Assembly: GCF_047555085.1 (NCBI RefSeq)
Contig: NZ_CP180230.1
Coordinates: 210,001 to 242,000, forward strand
Length of the DNA stretch: 32,000 nt
Origin: Candidatus Saccharimonadota bacterium
Lineage (GTDB): Archaea > Nanohalarchaeota > Nanosalinia > Nanosalinales > Nanosalinaceae
Direction: 5' to 3'
Below the pieces are notes generated by a model. It saw only the letters and a list, made by a program, of their open reading frames with translations, did not search any database and was not told the DNA's origin. Within the stretch, counting starts at the first letter, position 1. The number at the start of each line of letters is the position of its first letter. Below, one piece after another: positions 9,116 through 18,716 of this stretch. The translations under genes were made by a program, and so were the position numbers.

Positions 9116-10748
9116 TCTTGAAATCTTCAAAAAAGTTATTTTCCAGCTACCTGATCTAAAGAAGAGCTTTACAGGCCTGATACTTCTTGGAGTGGTTTAC
9201 AGCACACTGCTTTATTTCATGATTTCAGAAGGAACAATATCTGCTTTAAGTCCTGTAGTAATTCCTTTCCTCGCTGTGGCACTTTTTATCGTTCCAGGAA
9301 TCCTTGCTTCGGAGGCCTACAGCTTTTTTCTATCAGGTTATCCGCGCAAATGGGGATACTTTCTATCTCTGGTTAATCAACTTATAATATTTCTCTTTAC
9401 AGTACTTGTAGCTCTTGCAAGTACTTTTACTGAGGCCTGGAATATTATCTGGCTAGGATTAACGACTCTTTACGCCTCGAACTTCTTCGTGCTCGTTCTA
9501 TCCAACGGGCCTGATGTTATGGAGAGGATTTCTGTGTTAAGCATGATACAGCCTGTCATGATTCTCACTGGTTTTCATTTCGTCCTCGGCAGATATCTTG
9601 AGATAGGCCTCATGTCATACCTGTCCAACTTCCTTGTTGTTATAGGTGCAGGAATAGTTTTGCTGCTTGCATTTTATCTTACAGAGTTCCTTGTCGGATC
9701 GAATGTATCTGATATCTCTATGCTATCTCTTGCAACTGCTTTGCTTCAGAACAGGCAGGAAAAACTTGATATCGGGAGAGATGTCAGGCCTGATGTACAG
9801 ACACTGGAGCTGGAGAATTCTTCAGGCCTGAAAAAATTCCTGGTGCCGTGGCTTCATCCTGGGCCTCTGCAGGGATTTGGAGGGGGACAGATAACAAGCA
9901 GGATAATCGAACAGCTCAATAATGACGGGGAGGGATTTTTCCTCCATGTTCCGTCCTGTCACCAGATGGATCCATCTGATCCTGGAGACGCTGAAAAAGT
10001 CCTTGAGGCCTCCAAGTCGCCTGAAAAGTCTTCTCAGGCCTCCAAACTTGTCAAAGGTGATTACGGTTTCTGTACTTTCTACGGTAGGAAGTTAGGAAGT
10101 CAGAAGATTGTGTTCATGGAGGTTGAAGGATTTGATGACTACGATGCAGCAGTTTTCCAGGAGATAATCGACAAGGATGACGTCCTGCTGATAGATCTCC
10201 ATAACCAGCCGAAGACTGTACACGAAGAGGAACTCCGGTATGGTACGACAAAATCAGATGAGATACGTGAGAAACTACAGATGTTCCTGCAAGATCTCGA
10301 AGAGGCCTCCACACAGAGTTACAGTGCAGGATTCGCCATTGATACAAGTCAGAGGCCTGTAATGGCTCTGGTTGAAGAATCAGGGGGTCAGAGGACAATA
10401 CTTTTCGGTGTTGAAGGAAACGATGCTTCGGAAAATCTTCTGGAACTTCAGAGAGAGCTGGAAGATGATTTTGATCGGGCGCTGATGTTTACAACGGATA
10501 CACACGCCAGTATACACGAACTTGCCAGTGAAAGCCAGGTAAGCAAAGAAAAAATCCGTGAGCTTGTCGATGAAGCTGTTGAAGATCTTTCGGAGGCCTC
10601 TGCAGGATTTTCCGTTGGTAAGGCGGAACGGATGAAGTTCCTGACAGATGAATACTTCGGACTGATCTACACGATAAATATACTGGTACGGCTTATACCG
10701 ATAGTACTGGTTGCGCTGTACATACTTCTCGTTGTATGGCTGATCTAG
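9102..10748 (+). CDS. Polytopic membrane protein with a large soluble domain and a C-terminal TM helix; DUF2070-like architecture
   Basis: About 6-7 N-terminal TM helices, an acidic soluble domain of about 290 aa, and a terminal TM (LIPIVLVALYILLVVWLI). The track start at 9075 is a TTG. The ATG at 9102 is preceded by GAGGA (SD-like) 7 nt upstream, and an alternative ATG lies at 9087. The family call is from remembered architecture only. Confidence 0.55.
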   Translation: MPADNLEIFKKVIFQLPDLKKSFTGLILLGVVYSTLLYFMISEGTISALSPVVIPFLAVALFIVPGILASEAYSFFLSGYPRKWGYFLSLVNQLIIFLFTVLVALASTFTEAWNIIWLGLTTLYASNFFVLVLSNGPDVMERISVLSMIQPVMILTGFHFVLGRYLEIGLMSYLSNFLVVIGAGIVLLLAFYLTEFLVGSNVSDISMLSLATALLQNRQEKLDIGRDVRPDVQTLELENSSGLKKFLVPWLHPGPLQGFGGGQITSRIIEQLNNDGEGFFLHVPSCHQMDPSDPGDAEKVLEASKSPEKSSQASKLVKGDYGFCTFYGRKLGSQKIVFMEVEGFDDYDAAVFQEIIDKDDVLLIDLHNQPKTVHEEELRYGTTKSDEIREKLQMFLQDLEEASTQSYSAGFAIDTSQRPVMALVEESGGQRTILFGVEGNDASENLLELQRELEDDFDRALMFTTDTHASIHELASESQVSKEKIRELVDEAVEDLSEASAGFSVGKAERMKFLTDEYFGLIYTINILVRLIPIVLVALYILLVVWLI

Positions 10749-10773
10749 GCTTCCTAGCTGTCCTGTTTCATCC

Positions 10774-10784
10774 AAAAATTAAAT
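10774..10784 (+). promoter_or_regulatory. TATA-like box (AAAAATTAAAT) about 29 nt upstream of the ATG at 10808
   Basis: Supports 10808 rather than 10736 as the true start of the large surface protein. That start yields a clean signal peptide. Confidence 0.4.
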
Positions 10785-10807
10785 GTGTAGGTGCCTCAGT
10801 TATCTGT

Positions 10808-13800
10808 ATGCTCCGTCTCCGGGAACTTTTCTGCCTGGTATTTCTTCTGGGCCTTTTCGCACAATTATCAGTCTCTGCAGGATGGGCTTCACAGGAAACG
10901 GATAAATGCCGTGATATCTGGATTGAAGGCGGCCAGCAGAATCTCCAGGATTTTCCTGTGCCTGTAGGACTGGAGAGTGATCAGCAGATGCTTCAGAGCT
11001 ATCAGGATGTAAGATTTTACAGCAAGAGCTGTGGGAACGGAGGACAGCAGCTTGACTTTGAATTCGAGGAAACAGACAGCTCGGGCATAGAGGCCTGGAT
11101 CAGGGTTCCGGATCTTCCTTCATCAGGTAAAACTGTTTCAGTTTACTACGATAATACGACTGCTGTATCAGATGCCGAAAGCCCGGAGCAGGTCTGGGAT
11201 CAGGATTTTGCAACTGTACAGCACCTTGAAAATGATGTTTCAGGTGACGGAGGAAGTTTTTCAGGATCTACGGAAAATCAGATATTTGGAGAGACTTTAA
11301 ACGGTGTTTCAACTTCTTCAACGGGTATTTTCGATGGAGCATATGATTTTGACGGGAAAGACGATGCCCTGAATTTTTCGAATAGTTTCAGTTACTCTGA
11401 TACAGAGGCCTTCACTTTCACAGCGTTTTTCAACAGGACGGAGGAACTGGACGGTGATGACAGGGTTTTTGGATTTGATTCCGATTCCAGCTGGTCCGTG
11501 TTCCTCGACGGAGGAGGAATTGACGGCGAGGCAGATCCTGTAGTCGGTTTCAATGGATCTCTGCTGCCGTCAAATGTTTCAACTCAGCAAAACAAGTTTT
11601 ACTCGACTACTCTGCGGTATGACGGTGCAGGTACGGCAGATATCTTCGTCAACGGCGTACTGGAAAACTCCACGACAGGTGTTGAATGGGAAAATCCTGT
11701 TGAAGAGTTCCTTCTGGGGGCCTCCGGTGCAACCTCTCTTTCCGGCTCCAATCTGAGTTTTGGAGGCCTTATGGATGAGTTCAGAGTTTCTACTCTGGAT
11801 AGATCGGAGGCCTGGATCGAGGCCTCTAACAGATTCCTGAAAAATGAGAGTGCTGTAGAAACAGGAAATGAGATCGAGTACGTCAATGCAGTGATCCATT
11901 CTCCTAGCAGACAGTACATCGATAATACTTCTGTGCGTCTGGAGGTTTCATGGGAGAATAAAAGCGATTCATGGTTTTACAGTATAGATGATGGGCCTAA
12001 CAGGACGGCAGGCCTTTCGGGTGTTTTCTATACGAATTCGACGAATCATCTGAGAGTCCTGTACGGGAACGGTACTTCGATAAATTTCAGTGAGCAGGCA
12101 AGCGTGGTCGGCGATCAGGCGAATCTGGATTCCGATACATATCTGGAGGTGCCGTTCATCAATACTTCAGGTTATCTGAAGGTGATAGACAGGTTTGGTG
12201 AGACTTCTGTACTTGATACAGGTCAGGATACTTCGATGGAGGTCATCGCTACAGGTGACTGGAATCTGACTGATGACTATGTTTTCTATCCTGATGCAAC
12301 AGCTAGTGACAATCTTAAGCGTGTAAGAGTCGGCGAGCAACCTCAGGCAGTAAGTTCGGGTGTAGGATCGAATGGTGCTCTGGGTGCGGCAGATTTCGAT
12401 GTTGATGGCTCTGAGGAGCTTGTTTTTCTGGGTACATCGAATACTGTGAAGTATCTTGATGAGGGAACTGTAAAATCAACCGGCTTCTCGTCTTTTGGCT
12501 CCAACGAGCAGTACGGGATATCTCAGGTGGCGGATGTGAACAGGGATGGAAAGCCAAGAGTTGCATACGTGACGGGAAGCAACAATCTGGCTTTACTTGA
12601 CTACCAGGGGAACAAAGAGAAAATTAACTCGAACTACGGGCTTGCGGCGAAGACCAGAATTTCACCTGTGGACTGGAAGGGAGATGCCAAAAAAGAAATA
12701 CTTCACATCGGTACGGGCGGAGATATCAAATACCAGTTTTACAACGGAACCACTGAATTCGTTCAACAGGATTCGTCTAACGTGGCCGCGGAACAGTCTG
12801 TAGGCCTGGCATCAGGAAAACAGTTCGAGATAAATACAACTCTGAAAAACTTCTCCGAAGGAAAGCACAACATTACGGTATACGCATTTGAACCGGGAAT
12901 CTATGCACAGGAATCTGTAAGTTTCACTGTCGACGTCTCCGATCCTGAGTTCCAGAACCTCGCTGATAACGTGACCGACAGCTTCTACAGCCCTGATACC
13001 GCAAATATTTCCGCCGAGGCCTACGATCAGTACTCGGGCCTCAGTGAAGTGAAACTTTCCACAAATGAAACAGGAAGTTTCTCGAATAAGACAGTCTATA
13101 ATTCACCTCAGGAGTTTGAAAATATTTCCGATGAATTCGTCCTGTCTGAATTCTTCTGGAAAAACACCAGTTTCACCGGAGAACTTGGATACCGGCTCTG
13201 GGCCTCAGACGCAGCTGACAATACGGCATACACATCTAAAAACTCTTTTGAAGTCCACAGAATCGATCTTGAGGCCTCTAATGTTTCATTCAATACTACT
13301 GAGCCTGTTGAAGGCCAGGACGTGAATCTACAGTTTAACGTCAGCAATGTCGGAGGTGCAAACGCCACCGCCAATATAACTGTCGTTGAGGAGGAGTACA
13401 ACGGTTCTGCATGGGAGTTTGTCTCAAATTCAACCAGGGAGGAAGAGTTAGAGGCCTCTGGGTTCAACATAGTGAACTTCACTGTAACTCCTGATACAGG
13501 GCCTAACAGGTATACGGCCTATGTTGATTCTGATGATTCTATAGATGAGAAGAACGAGTCCAACAACAATATCTCTTCTATGCTGGATGTTTCAAGCTAT
13601 CATCTGAAGTACGGGAACAGTAACTCGGCATTGACTCTGGGAAGCGGACAGAAACTGAAGAGCTGGACACAGTCCGATCCAAGAGGAACGATATTCTACT
13701 CGGATCTTGAGGCCTCTTACAGTGTAGATGACTTGAGGCCTCTCAATGAATCAGGTGATCTCTCTGAGGCTGACAAGGTTCTCGGCATGAAGGGTCACAA

Positions 13801-14122
13801 CGACTCGCTTTCCAGTATATACGACGAGGATCAGGATGGTTTTGCTGATACTACAGGTTGCATAGATATAGCAGGGGAGACACAGTGCCAGATCCCGCTG
13901 GTTAATTCCACAAATACATCTAATTTCCAGACAGGTATTCTGTATGACGGTGCAGGTTCCGGTGATTTCAATGGTTCGCAGGACGTAGTTTTCGCTACTG
14001 AGATAAAGGATGAGAAGCAGGGAAGGTACGGGTTTTACAATTACGAGATAAAGGTGCCTTCGCCGCTTTCAAGCCAGTATTCGCCGAGCGATTTCGTGGA
14101 TCTTCGTGTTGAACTTAAGTAG
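10808..14122 (+). CDS. Large secreted multidomain surface or adhesin-like protein: DUF2341, LamG (Laminin_G_3), FG-GAP-like repeats and CARDB
   Basis: - Signal peptide MLRLRELFCLVFLLGLFAQLSVSA.
- DUF2341-like LQDFPVPVGL...DVRFYS...LDFEFEE...AWIRVPDLPSSGKTVSVYYDN.
- LamG-like GIFDGAYDFDGKDDALNF ... LMDEFRVSTLDRSEAWIEASNRF.
- FG-GAP-like GAADFDVDGSEELVF and VADVNRDGKPRVAYV.
- CARDB-like DLEASNVSFNTTEPVEGQDVNLQFNVSNVGG...DEKNESNNN. Confidence 0.8.
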   Translation: MLRLRELFCLVFLLGLFAQLSVSAGWASQETDKCRDIWIEGGQQNLQDFPVPVGLESDQQMLQSYQDVRFYSKSCGNGGQQLDFEFEETDSSGIEAWIRVPDLPSSGKTVSVYYDNTTAVSDAESPEQVWDQDFATVQHLENDVSGDGGSFSGSTENQIFGETLNGVSTSSTGIFDGAYDFDGKDDALNFSNSFSYSDTEAFTFTAFFNRTEELDGDDRVFGFDSDSSWSVFLDGGGIDGEADPVVGFNGSLLPSNVSTQQNKFYSTTLRYDGAGTADIFVNGVLENSTTGVEWENPVEEFLLGASGATSLSGSNLSFGGLMDEFRVSTLDRSEAWIEASNRFLKNESAVETGNEIEYVNAVIHSPSRQYIDNTSVRLEVSWENKSDSWFYSIDDGPNRTAGLSGVFYTNSTNHLRVLYGNGTSINFSEQASVVGDQANLDSDTYLEVPFINTSGYLKVIDRFGETSVLDTGQDTSMEVIATGDWNLTDDYVFYPDATASDNLKRVRVGEQPQAVSSGVGSNGALGAADFDVDGSEELVFLGTSNTVKYLDEGTVKSTGFSSFGSNEQYGISQVADVNRDGKPRVAYVTGSNNLALLDYQGNKEKINSNYGLAAKTRISPVDWKGDAKKEILHIGTGGDIKYQFYNGTTEFVQQDSSNVAAEQSVGLASGKQFEINTTLKNFSEGKHNITVYAFEPGIYAQESVSFTVDVSDPEFQNLADNVTDSFYSPDTANISAEAYDQYSGLSEVKLSTNETGSFSNKTVYNSPQEFENISDEFVLSEFFWKNTSFTGELGYRLWASDAADNTAYTSKNSFEVHRIDLEASNVSFNTTEPVEGQDVNLQFNVSNVGGANATANITVVEEEYNGSAWEFVSNSTREEELEASGFNIVNFTVTPDTGPNRYTAYVDSDDSIDEKNESNNNISSMLDVSSYHLKYGNSNSALTLGSGQKLKSWTQSDPRGTIFYSDLEASYSVDDLRPLNESGDLSEADKVLGMKGHNDSLSSIYDEDQDGFADTTGCIDIAGETQCQIPLVNSTNTSNFQTGILYDGAGSGDFNGSQDVVFATEIKDEKQGRYGFYNYEIKVPSPLSSQYSPSDFVDLRVELK

Positions 14123-14215
14123 AAATTTTACCTTACAGATCTCGGTTTTTCAGGGGTGGCGTTAAAGTACTAAAAAGATGCTATACAATACAGTGTTAGA
14201 GGTCCAGAAATTCCG

Positions 14216-15895
14216 ATGAATCTTAAGCGACTCGCAATTTTCAGCATCTTTTTGGTGCTTCTATCCGGTTTTGCAACGTCAGCATTAGTAAGTAACTCCG
14301 AAAGCTGGAAGGACAACTCCCTGGTCATAGCCAGAAGCCATTTCGAGGGCGAGGAAGTGCACGCAGTGACCAGTCTATCCGAAGGACAGCTAATCGAGGA
14401 GATGCTCAGAGATAACAGAAGCCATACTGTTTACGAGCCAGAAAACGGCGATGATGCCGTATGGGAGAACTATGCTAACTATCTAAGGAACGAAGGAAAG
14501 CAGGACATCTCGTCCACATTCCTCAACTGGCAGGAAAGCCAGTACGATTACTATTCTGACGTAGAGGAGGAAGTAGAAGGTATCGTAGTCATAAGGCCTG
14601 GATTTGCCATGGATACTCTTTCTGTTTATCCTCAGATAATCAACGGGAATTACTGGCCTATCTACTACAACGGAGATGACACAGATCGATTCCTTCAGCG
14701 TCAGGCCTCTGATAAAGATGTAATTTTCTACGGAGAGTACATTGAGCAGCCTTGGAGAGGCCTCGACTCGAATTATACTATTATATCTGAAGGTTCAAAG
14801 GAGGAGAACAATGTCAGGCTTGTAGGACGTATCGCACAGGAATACGACAGTGAATCTGCGATCGTTGCAGGTGACAGCTATCTTGAGAAAGGTTTCATGA
14901 AGAAAGGAGATCCTATTATCCTCGGTCAGAGTATAGAGGATACTGCACAGGTTATCAGGGCACTTGATGTCTCAACGGTTGAAGTTATCGGTGCAGAGAA
15001 CGTTGGGTTCGGTAACAGTCTTGAAGATCAGGTTGGAGATAGTACTACAATTATAGCAAAGTTTGGAAGACGATTCACAGGAGCACAGGGACTTGACTCG
15101 ACTTATCCTGTTAAACAGATTCCTGCTACGCCTGTAGTACGTGATATCTCTGTTAGTTCCGTCAAGGTATCCGATTCAGGGAACATGGTTGAGCTTGTAT
15201 TCGATAACGAGGGAACTATTGATACTGCGATAAATCTTTCAGCAGTCGCTTTCTCTTCCGGCAACCAGGAAGAGCTTATCAGCCGACAAGATGATATAAT
15301 ATCACGTCCTGGACGAAATATCACGATAGACTTTAACTCAAGTATAGGATTTTCACCTGAAAACGCAGAGGTATCTTTCACGTATCAGGGTTCAGAAGGA
15401 ATAAGCTCTCGTTCATTCAATGTTGAGAACGTTGATTCTTGGGCTGCCTCAGAGATCTCTCTTGAAGATGTATACTACTCTGAGCCTCAGGAAAGGCTTG
15501 CGATAGAGATACGCAATCAGGGAGAAAACACTACTTACGTTGGAGCGCAGATACATGATCTGAAAGTAATCAACAGATCTGTAAATCCTACAACAGATCA
15601 GATAGTTGAGATAACTCCAGGAGATACTGAAACAGTATACGTCGACGCATACATGTCGGAAGAGGCGTTGGAGCGTAACAACCAGCTTGATCTAGCTGTT
15701 ACGGCAGGAGATGCAGTACACACCTCCAAAGATCTCCACAGCTTTGAGGAAGTACAGCTAGAAGTAAGAGAAGGAGGAGTGCTCGTAGTAATTGTACAGT
15801 ATGGACCGTACGTAGTGATCCTGCTGATCCTACTGCTGCTTCTTTACCTCATCAAGAAGAGGAGAGACCAGAAAAAGTACAGAGGCCTGAAGTAA
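14216..15895 (+). CDS. Secreted surface protein with two CARDB/NEW3-like beta-sandwich regions and a C-terminal TM anchor
   Basis: Signal peptide MNLKRLAIFSIFLVLLSGFATSA. C-terminal anchor VVILLILLLLLYLIKKRRDQKKYRGLK. Regions resembling Ig/CARDB (ISVSSVKVSDSGNMVELVFDNEGT and LAIEIRNQGENTTYVGA). Confidence 0.7.
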   Translation: MNLKRLAIFSIFLVLLSGFATSALVSNSESWKDNSLVIARSHFEGEEVHAVTSLSEGQLIEEMLRDNRSHTVYEPENGDDAVWENYANYLRNEGKQDISSTFLNWQESQYDYYSDVEEEVEGIVVIRPGFAMDTLSVYPQIINGNYWPIYYNGDDTDRFLQRQASDKDVIFYGEYIEQPWRGLDSNYTIISEGSKEENNVRLVGRIAQEYDSESAIVAGDSYLEKGFMKKGDPIILGQSIEDTAQVIRALDVSTVEVIGAENVGFGNSLEDQVGDSTTIIAKFGRRFTGAQGLDSTYPVKQIPATPVVRDISVSSVKVSDSGNMVELVFDNEGTIDTAINLSAVAFSSGNQEELISRQDDIISRPGRNITIDFNSSIGFSPENAEVSFTYQGSEGISSRSFNVENVDSWAASEISLEDVYYSEPQERLAIEIRNQGENTTYVGAQIHDLKVINRSVNPTTDQIVEITPGDTETVYVDAYMSEEALERNNQLDLAVTAGDAVHTSKDLHSFEEVQLEVREGGVLVVIVQYGPYVVILLILLLLLYLIKKRRDQKKYRGLK

Positions 15896-15955
15896 AAAAG
15901 TCTGAAAAGTAACGCAGGCTCCACATTTCTCTTTACTTTTATCTCAATCTTTTTT
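15893..15955. terminator. Convergent termination zone with oligo-T tracts on both strands
   Basis: The + strand has a T6 run at 15950-15955, downstream of the stop at 15895. An A6 run at 15893-15898 reads as T6 on the minus strand, downstream of the minus-strand operon end at 15968. Confidence 0.35.
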
Positions 15956-15967
15956 GGAGAGATAGTC

Positions 15968-16318
15968 TTAGAAGAAAGGCACGTACCCAAGCACCGCAAG
16001 TATAAAGTACGTCAAAAGGATTATCTCGACTGAGAAAACTATGAATGTCGGTGTGTCGACTTCTTCCTTCCAGTCGCTCTCTGAATTCGCCTCAAATCTA
16101 TTATCTGTCTCAGATGTCCCGTAACTATCGGAACCCCAGATAGGTGAATCTTCTCCAGTTCGTTTACTGTGGAAGGCATCCAGATTTTTCTCCGTCTCCG
16201 TAAGATGTAACTTTTTCTCTATATCAGTAGCTACTTCCTGTGCTTTATCCTCTATCTTCTCCTTCCATGTTTCATCTTCATCGAAAAAGTCCTTTCCTTT
16301 ATTTCTCCTTTTATTCAT
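15968..16318 (-). CDS. Small tail-anchored membrane protein (116 aa), last gene of the surface-protein operon
   Basis: Charged N-terminal region and a single C-terminal TM (FIVFSVEIILLTYFILAVLGYVPFF). Its ATG overlaps the upstream stop by 8 nt. Confidence 0.55.
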   Translation of the reverse strand: MNKRRNKGKDFFDEDETWKEKIEDKAQEVATDIEKKLHLTETEKNLDAFHSKRTGEDSPIWGSDSYGTSETDNRFEANSESDWKEEVDTPTFIVFSVEIILLTYFILAVLGYVPFF

Positions 16319-18716
16319 AGAACCGCCTCCTTCCCCAGTAAGCCGTGAACACAGTCCATATCAGGACAAGTACTGGCAGTATGTTCGAAGTCAACTCCTC
16401 TGTCAGAGGCCTTTCCATAACTCTTATTTGGACTGGAGCAATAGCAAGATTTTCCTTTTTATCCGAGGAAAACACGAAACTTCCCTCGCACACACCTGGA
16501 TCGCCTGTGACAACTGTGTAATTGACAGGCTTTGACTCTCCTGTATCGAAAGAACTCGATCCTGTAACATCACGGATACAGTTTTCAGCATTCAACACTG
16601 AGGCCTCCACGTTCTCCAGATCGAAGTCTCCAGAGTTAAGCAGATCAAATCTGAGATTTCTAACTGATCCCTCTGTGATATTTACTCTGTACGGGCCTTC
16701 AAGCACGTTAAGATCTCTCACCTTTCCACGCGGAACAACTTCAACATCCACAGTTGCATTAGCCGGTGCGACAAAAGTGCCGTTGATATATGTGAAGGCC
16801 TCTACGGGTATACTGTACTCGCCGATAATTTCGCTCTCATAGACGTCCACTAGGAAGCTTCCGGAAACGTTTTCGCCGGGAAAGATCTCGTCGAAACTTT
16901 CTCTAGAGCTTTTCCATCCATCTCTCATACTTCCATTGACTGTGACGTCATTTGCTGATACATTACCCACTGCGGCAAGCGAAAAGTTCAGCTTGAACGT
17001 TGTTCCCTGCTGAACCCTGATATCCTGACTCGTCACAGTTAACTCAAGCCTTGGAACACCTGCAGGGGAAAGGCCCGCTGGTACCCATGGAGGCCGTCCG
17101 TCTCCTACGCCATCAGGAGGGCCTTCACCAGGTCCTCCGCCTGGAGGCGGACCAGGAGGGAATGCTCCGCCACCTCCGCCCCCGCCGCCGGAGCCACCTC
17201 CACCTTCACCGGGAGATTCCTCTTCATCGTCTTCTTCATCTTCTCTGTACCGGGTGTATGGTGCGAAGACGGAGAAACTGCTTATGCTTTCATCCGTGAA
17301 TATCTCGCCTTCTGAAGTTGTAGCTGAAAGATTCGTGTAACTCCATCCATCACTGTATTCAGACAGGTAGATAAATTGAGGATCTTGATCGCTGTAACTG
17401 AAAGACAGATTCTCGATAAGGCCTTGAGCCGAGGTAGATGAGATATCGATCCACTGGCTGATATTCTCTGTACCGGAAGGATCAGGAGGAATATTATCGA
17501 CATCGTCGATCTCTATATCCAGGCCTTTAACGGAGACATCCGCCGTAGCAAGCTCAGAGTCCTCAAGATTGATACTGGAACCTGAGACTGATTCGATCTC
17601 TGAACCGTTGTTGACAATTTTTACGTTCGATACCGATGCTGTTGAATTATTGGCGTACACTCCAAGACTGTTGCTCTGGATAGAGTCTCCGTTCACTGTT
17701 ACATTTTCAGAGTCCTCGATGCAGAGGCCTCTGCTGAACTCCTGCACTCTAAGATTCTTCACTTCAATGTCCTGAGAACCTGTGATCTTCAAACCACAGG
17801 CCTCTAAGTCGGAGAAGTTTGCATCTCCGTCAAGAGTACTGTTGGCGAAATCGATTACAGAGTTACGGGAGTCCTCGATTTTCAGGCATGAACGTTCTCC
17901 GCCACCTGCTCCGTGAGGATCTTTGTTGAAGCTACTGTCATCCATAATGTAGTACCTGTTATCGCCGGTAAGAGTTTCACAGGGATCAACGGAGATAGCT
18001 TTCAATGCAAGTATGCTGTTGACGTAAACCTCATCGCCGCCCATCAACCTGAGATCAAAACTTCTGGACTCCATAAACGAGGCCTCGTTTTCATCCAGTA
18101 CCGTTCCATCTCTCTGAACTGAGATGAAAAGCCTGTCAGAAAGACCTCTGCTTTCATGTATAACCTCTCCAGAGTTCAGAATCTCTGTAACTTCCAGCTC
18201 TGTAAGGCCCTCTGAATCAAAAACTACAGGCCTCACAGTAAAGTTCCCCTGAAAAATCCCTCCTGATACATCAGTCAGATTTTCTACACCGTTTTCAGAT
18301 TCAAGGCCTGCATAAAGCTTTCCAGGGTACAGAGCTTCAAAGCTCGAGATCTCAACCTCTACAGTCCCGGAGTTCTCCTTCAGCAGAGCAGGCTGTGTAA
18401 GAACAGGCCTCGTGAAGTTTCCTGAAAGAGATCCATAATAGAGCTGAAGCCGCTCACCTGTAATATTAGCTCCTTCTCCATCAAAGTTCAGAAATATGTT
18501 CGGAGACACCAGAGAATTATCTGTAAAGGAGTAGCTTCCTACCTCCTCAGGCCTCTCAAATCCATCCGGAAAATCCGTGTAAAATCCCTGAGGCTCAATT
18601 ACATCGAATCCCGGAGACGAAAGAGTCTCATTGTTATCCACAGTTGAGACATCCAGGCCTGAGACAGTGCTGGCCAGCAGTATCAGCGCCAGGCCTGTCA
18701 AGATTTTTCTATTCAC
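16311..18716 (-). CDS. Secreted right-handed beta-helix (PbH1/NosD-like) surface protein with an acidic and Gly/Pro linker, a CARDB/NEW3-like domain and a C-terminal TM anchor
   Basis: - Signal peptide MNRKILTGLALILLASTVSG, GTG start.
- Beta-helix repeats of about 22 aa (GLKITGSQDIEVKNLRVQEFSRGLCIEDSENVTVNGDSIQSNSLGVYANNSTASVSNVKIVNN).
- Linker EDEEDDEEESPGEGGGGSGGGGGGGGAFPPGPPPGGGPGEGPP.
- C-terminal anchor ILPVLVLIWTVFTAYWGRRRFYE. Confidence 0.8.
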   Translation of the reverse strand: MNRKILTGLALILLASTVSGLDVSTVDNNETLSSPGFDVIEPQGFYTDFPDGFERPEEVGSYSFTDNSLVSPNIFLNFDGEGANITGERLQLYYGSLSGNFTRPVLTQPALLKENSGTVEVEISSFEALYPGKLYAGLESENGVENLTDVSGGIFQGNFTVRPVVFDSEGLTELEVTEILNSGEVIHESRGLSDRLFISVQRDGTVLDENEASFMESRSFDLRLMGGDEVYVNSILALKAISVDPCETLTGDNRYYIMDDSSFNKDPHGAGGGERSCLKIEDSRNSVIDFANSTLDGDANFSDLEACGLKITGSQDIEVKNLRVQEFSRGLCIEDSENVTVNGDSIQSNSLGVYANNSTASVSNVKIVNNGSEIESVSGSSINLEDSELATADVSVKGLDIEIDDVDNIPPDPSGTENISQWIDISSTSAQGLIENLSFSYSDQDPQFIYLSEYSDGWSYTNLSATTSEGEIFTDESISSFSVFAPYTRYREDEEDDEEESPGEGGGGSGGGGGGGGAFPPGPPPGGGPGEGPPDGVGDGRPPWVPAGLSPAGVPRLELTVTSQDIRVQQGTTFKLNFSLAAVGNVSANDVTVNGSMRDGWKSSRESFDEIFPGENVSGSFLVDVYESEIIGEYSIPVEAFTYINGTFVAPANATVDVEVVPRGKVRDLNVLEGPYRVNITEGSVRNLRFDLLNSGDFDLENVEASVLNAENCIRDVTGSSSFDTGESKPVNYTVVTGDPGVCEGSFVFSSDKKENLAIAPVQIRVMERPLTEELTSNILPVLVLIWTVFTAYWGRRRFYE
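17051..17250 (-). repeat. Low-complexity, GC-rich coding tract (poly-acidic, poly-Gly and Pro-rich linker)
   Basis: ggaggcggaccaggaggg...ccacctccgcccccgccgccggagccacctccacc. Locally much more GC-rich than its surroundings. It encodes the inter-domain linker of the 801-aa protein. Confidence 0.85.

Noticed and set aside
17051-17299. 82-aa plus-strand ORF in the GC-rich tract
   Set aside because: It is the mirror image of the Gly/Pro/acidic linker coding region of the 801-aa protein. The open frame is a by-product of the low-complexity sequence.
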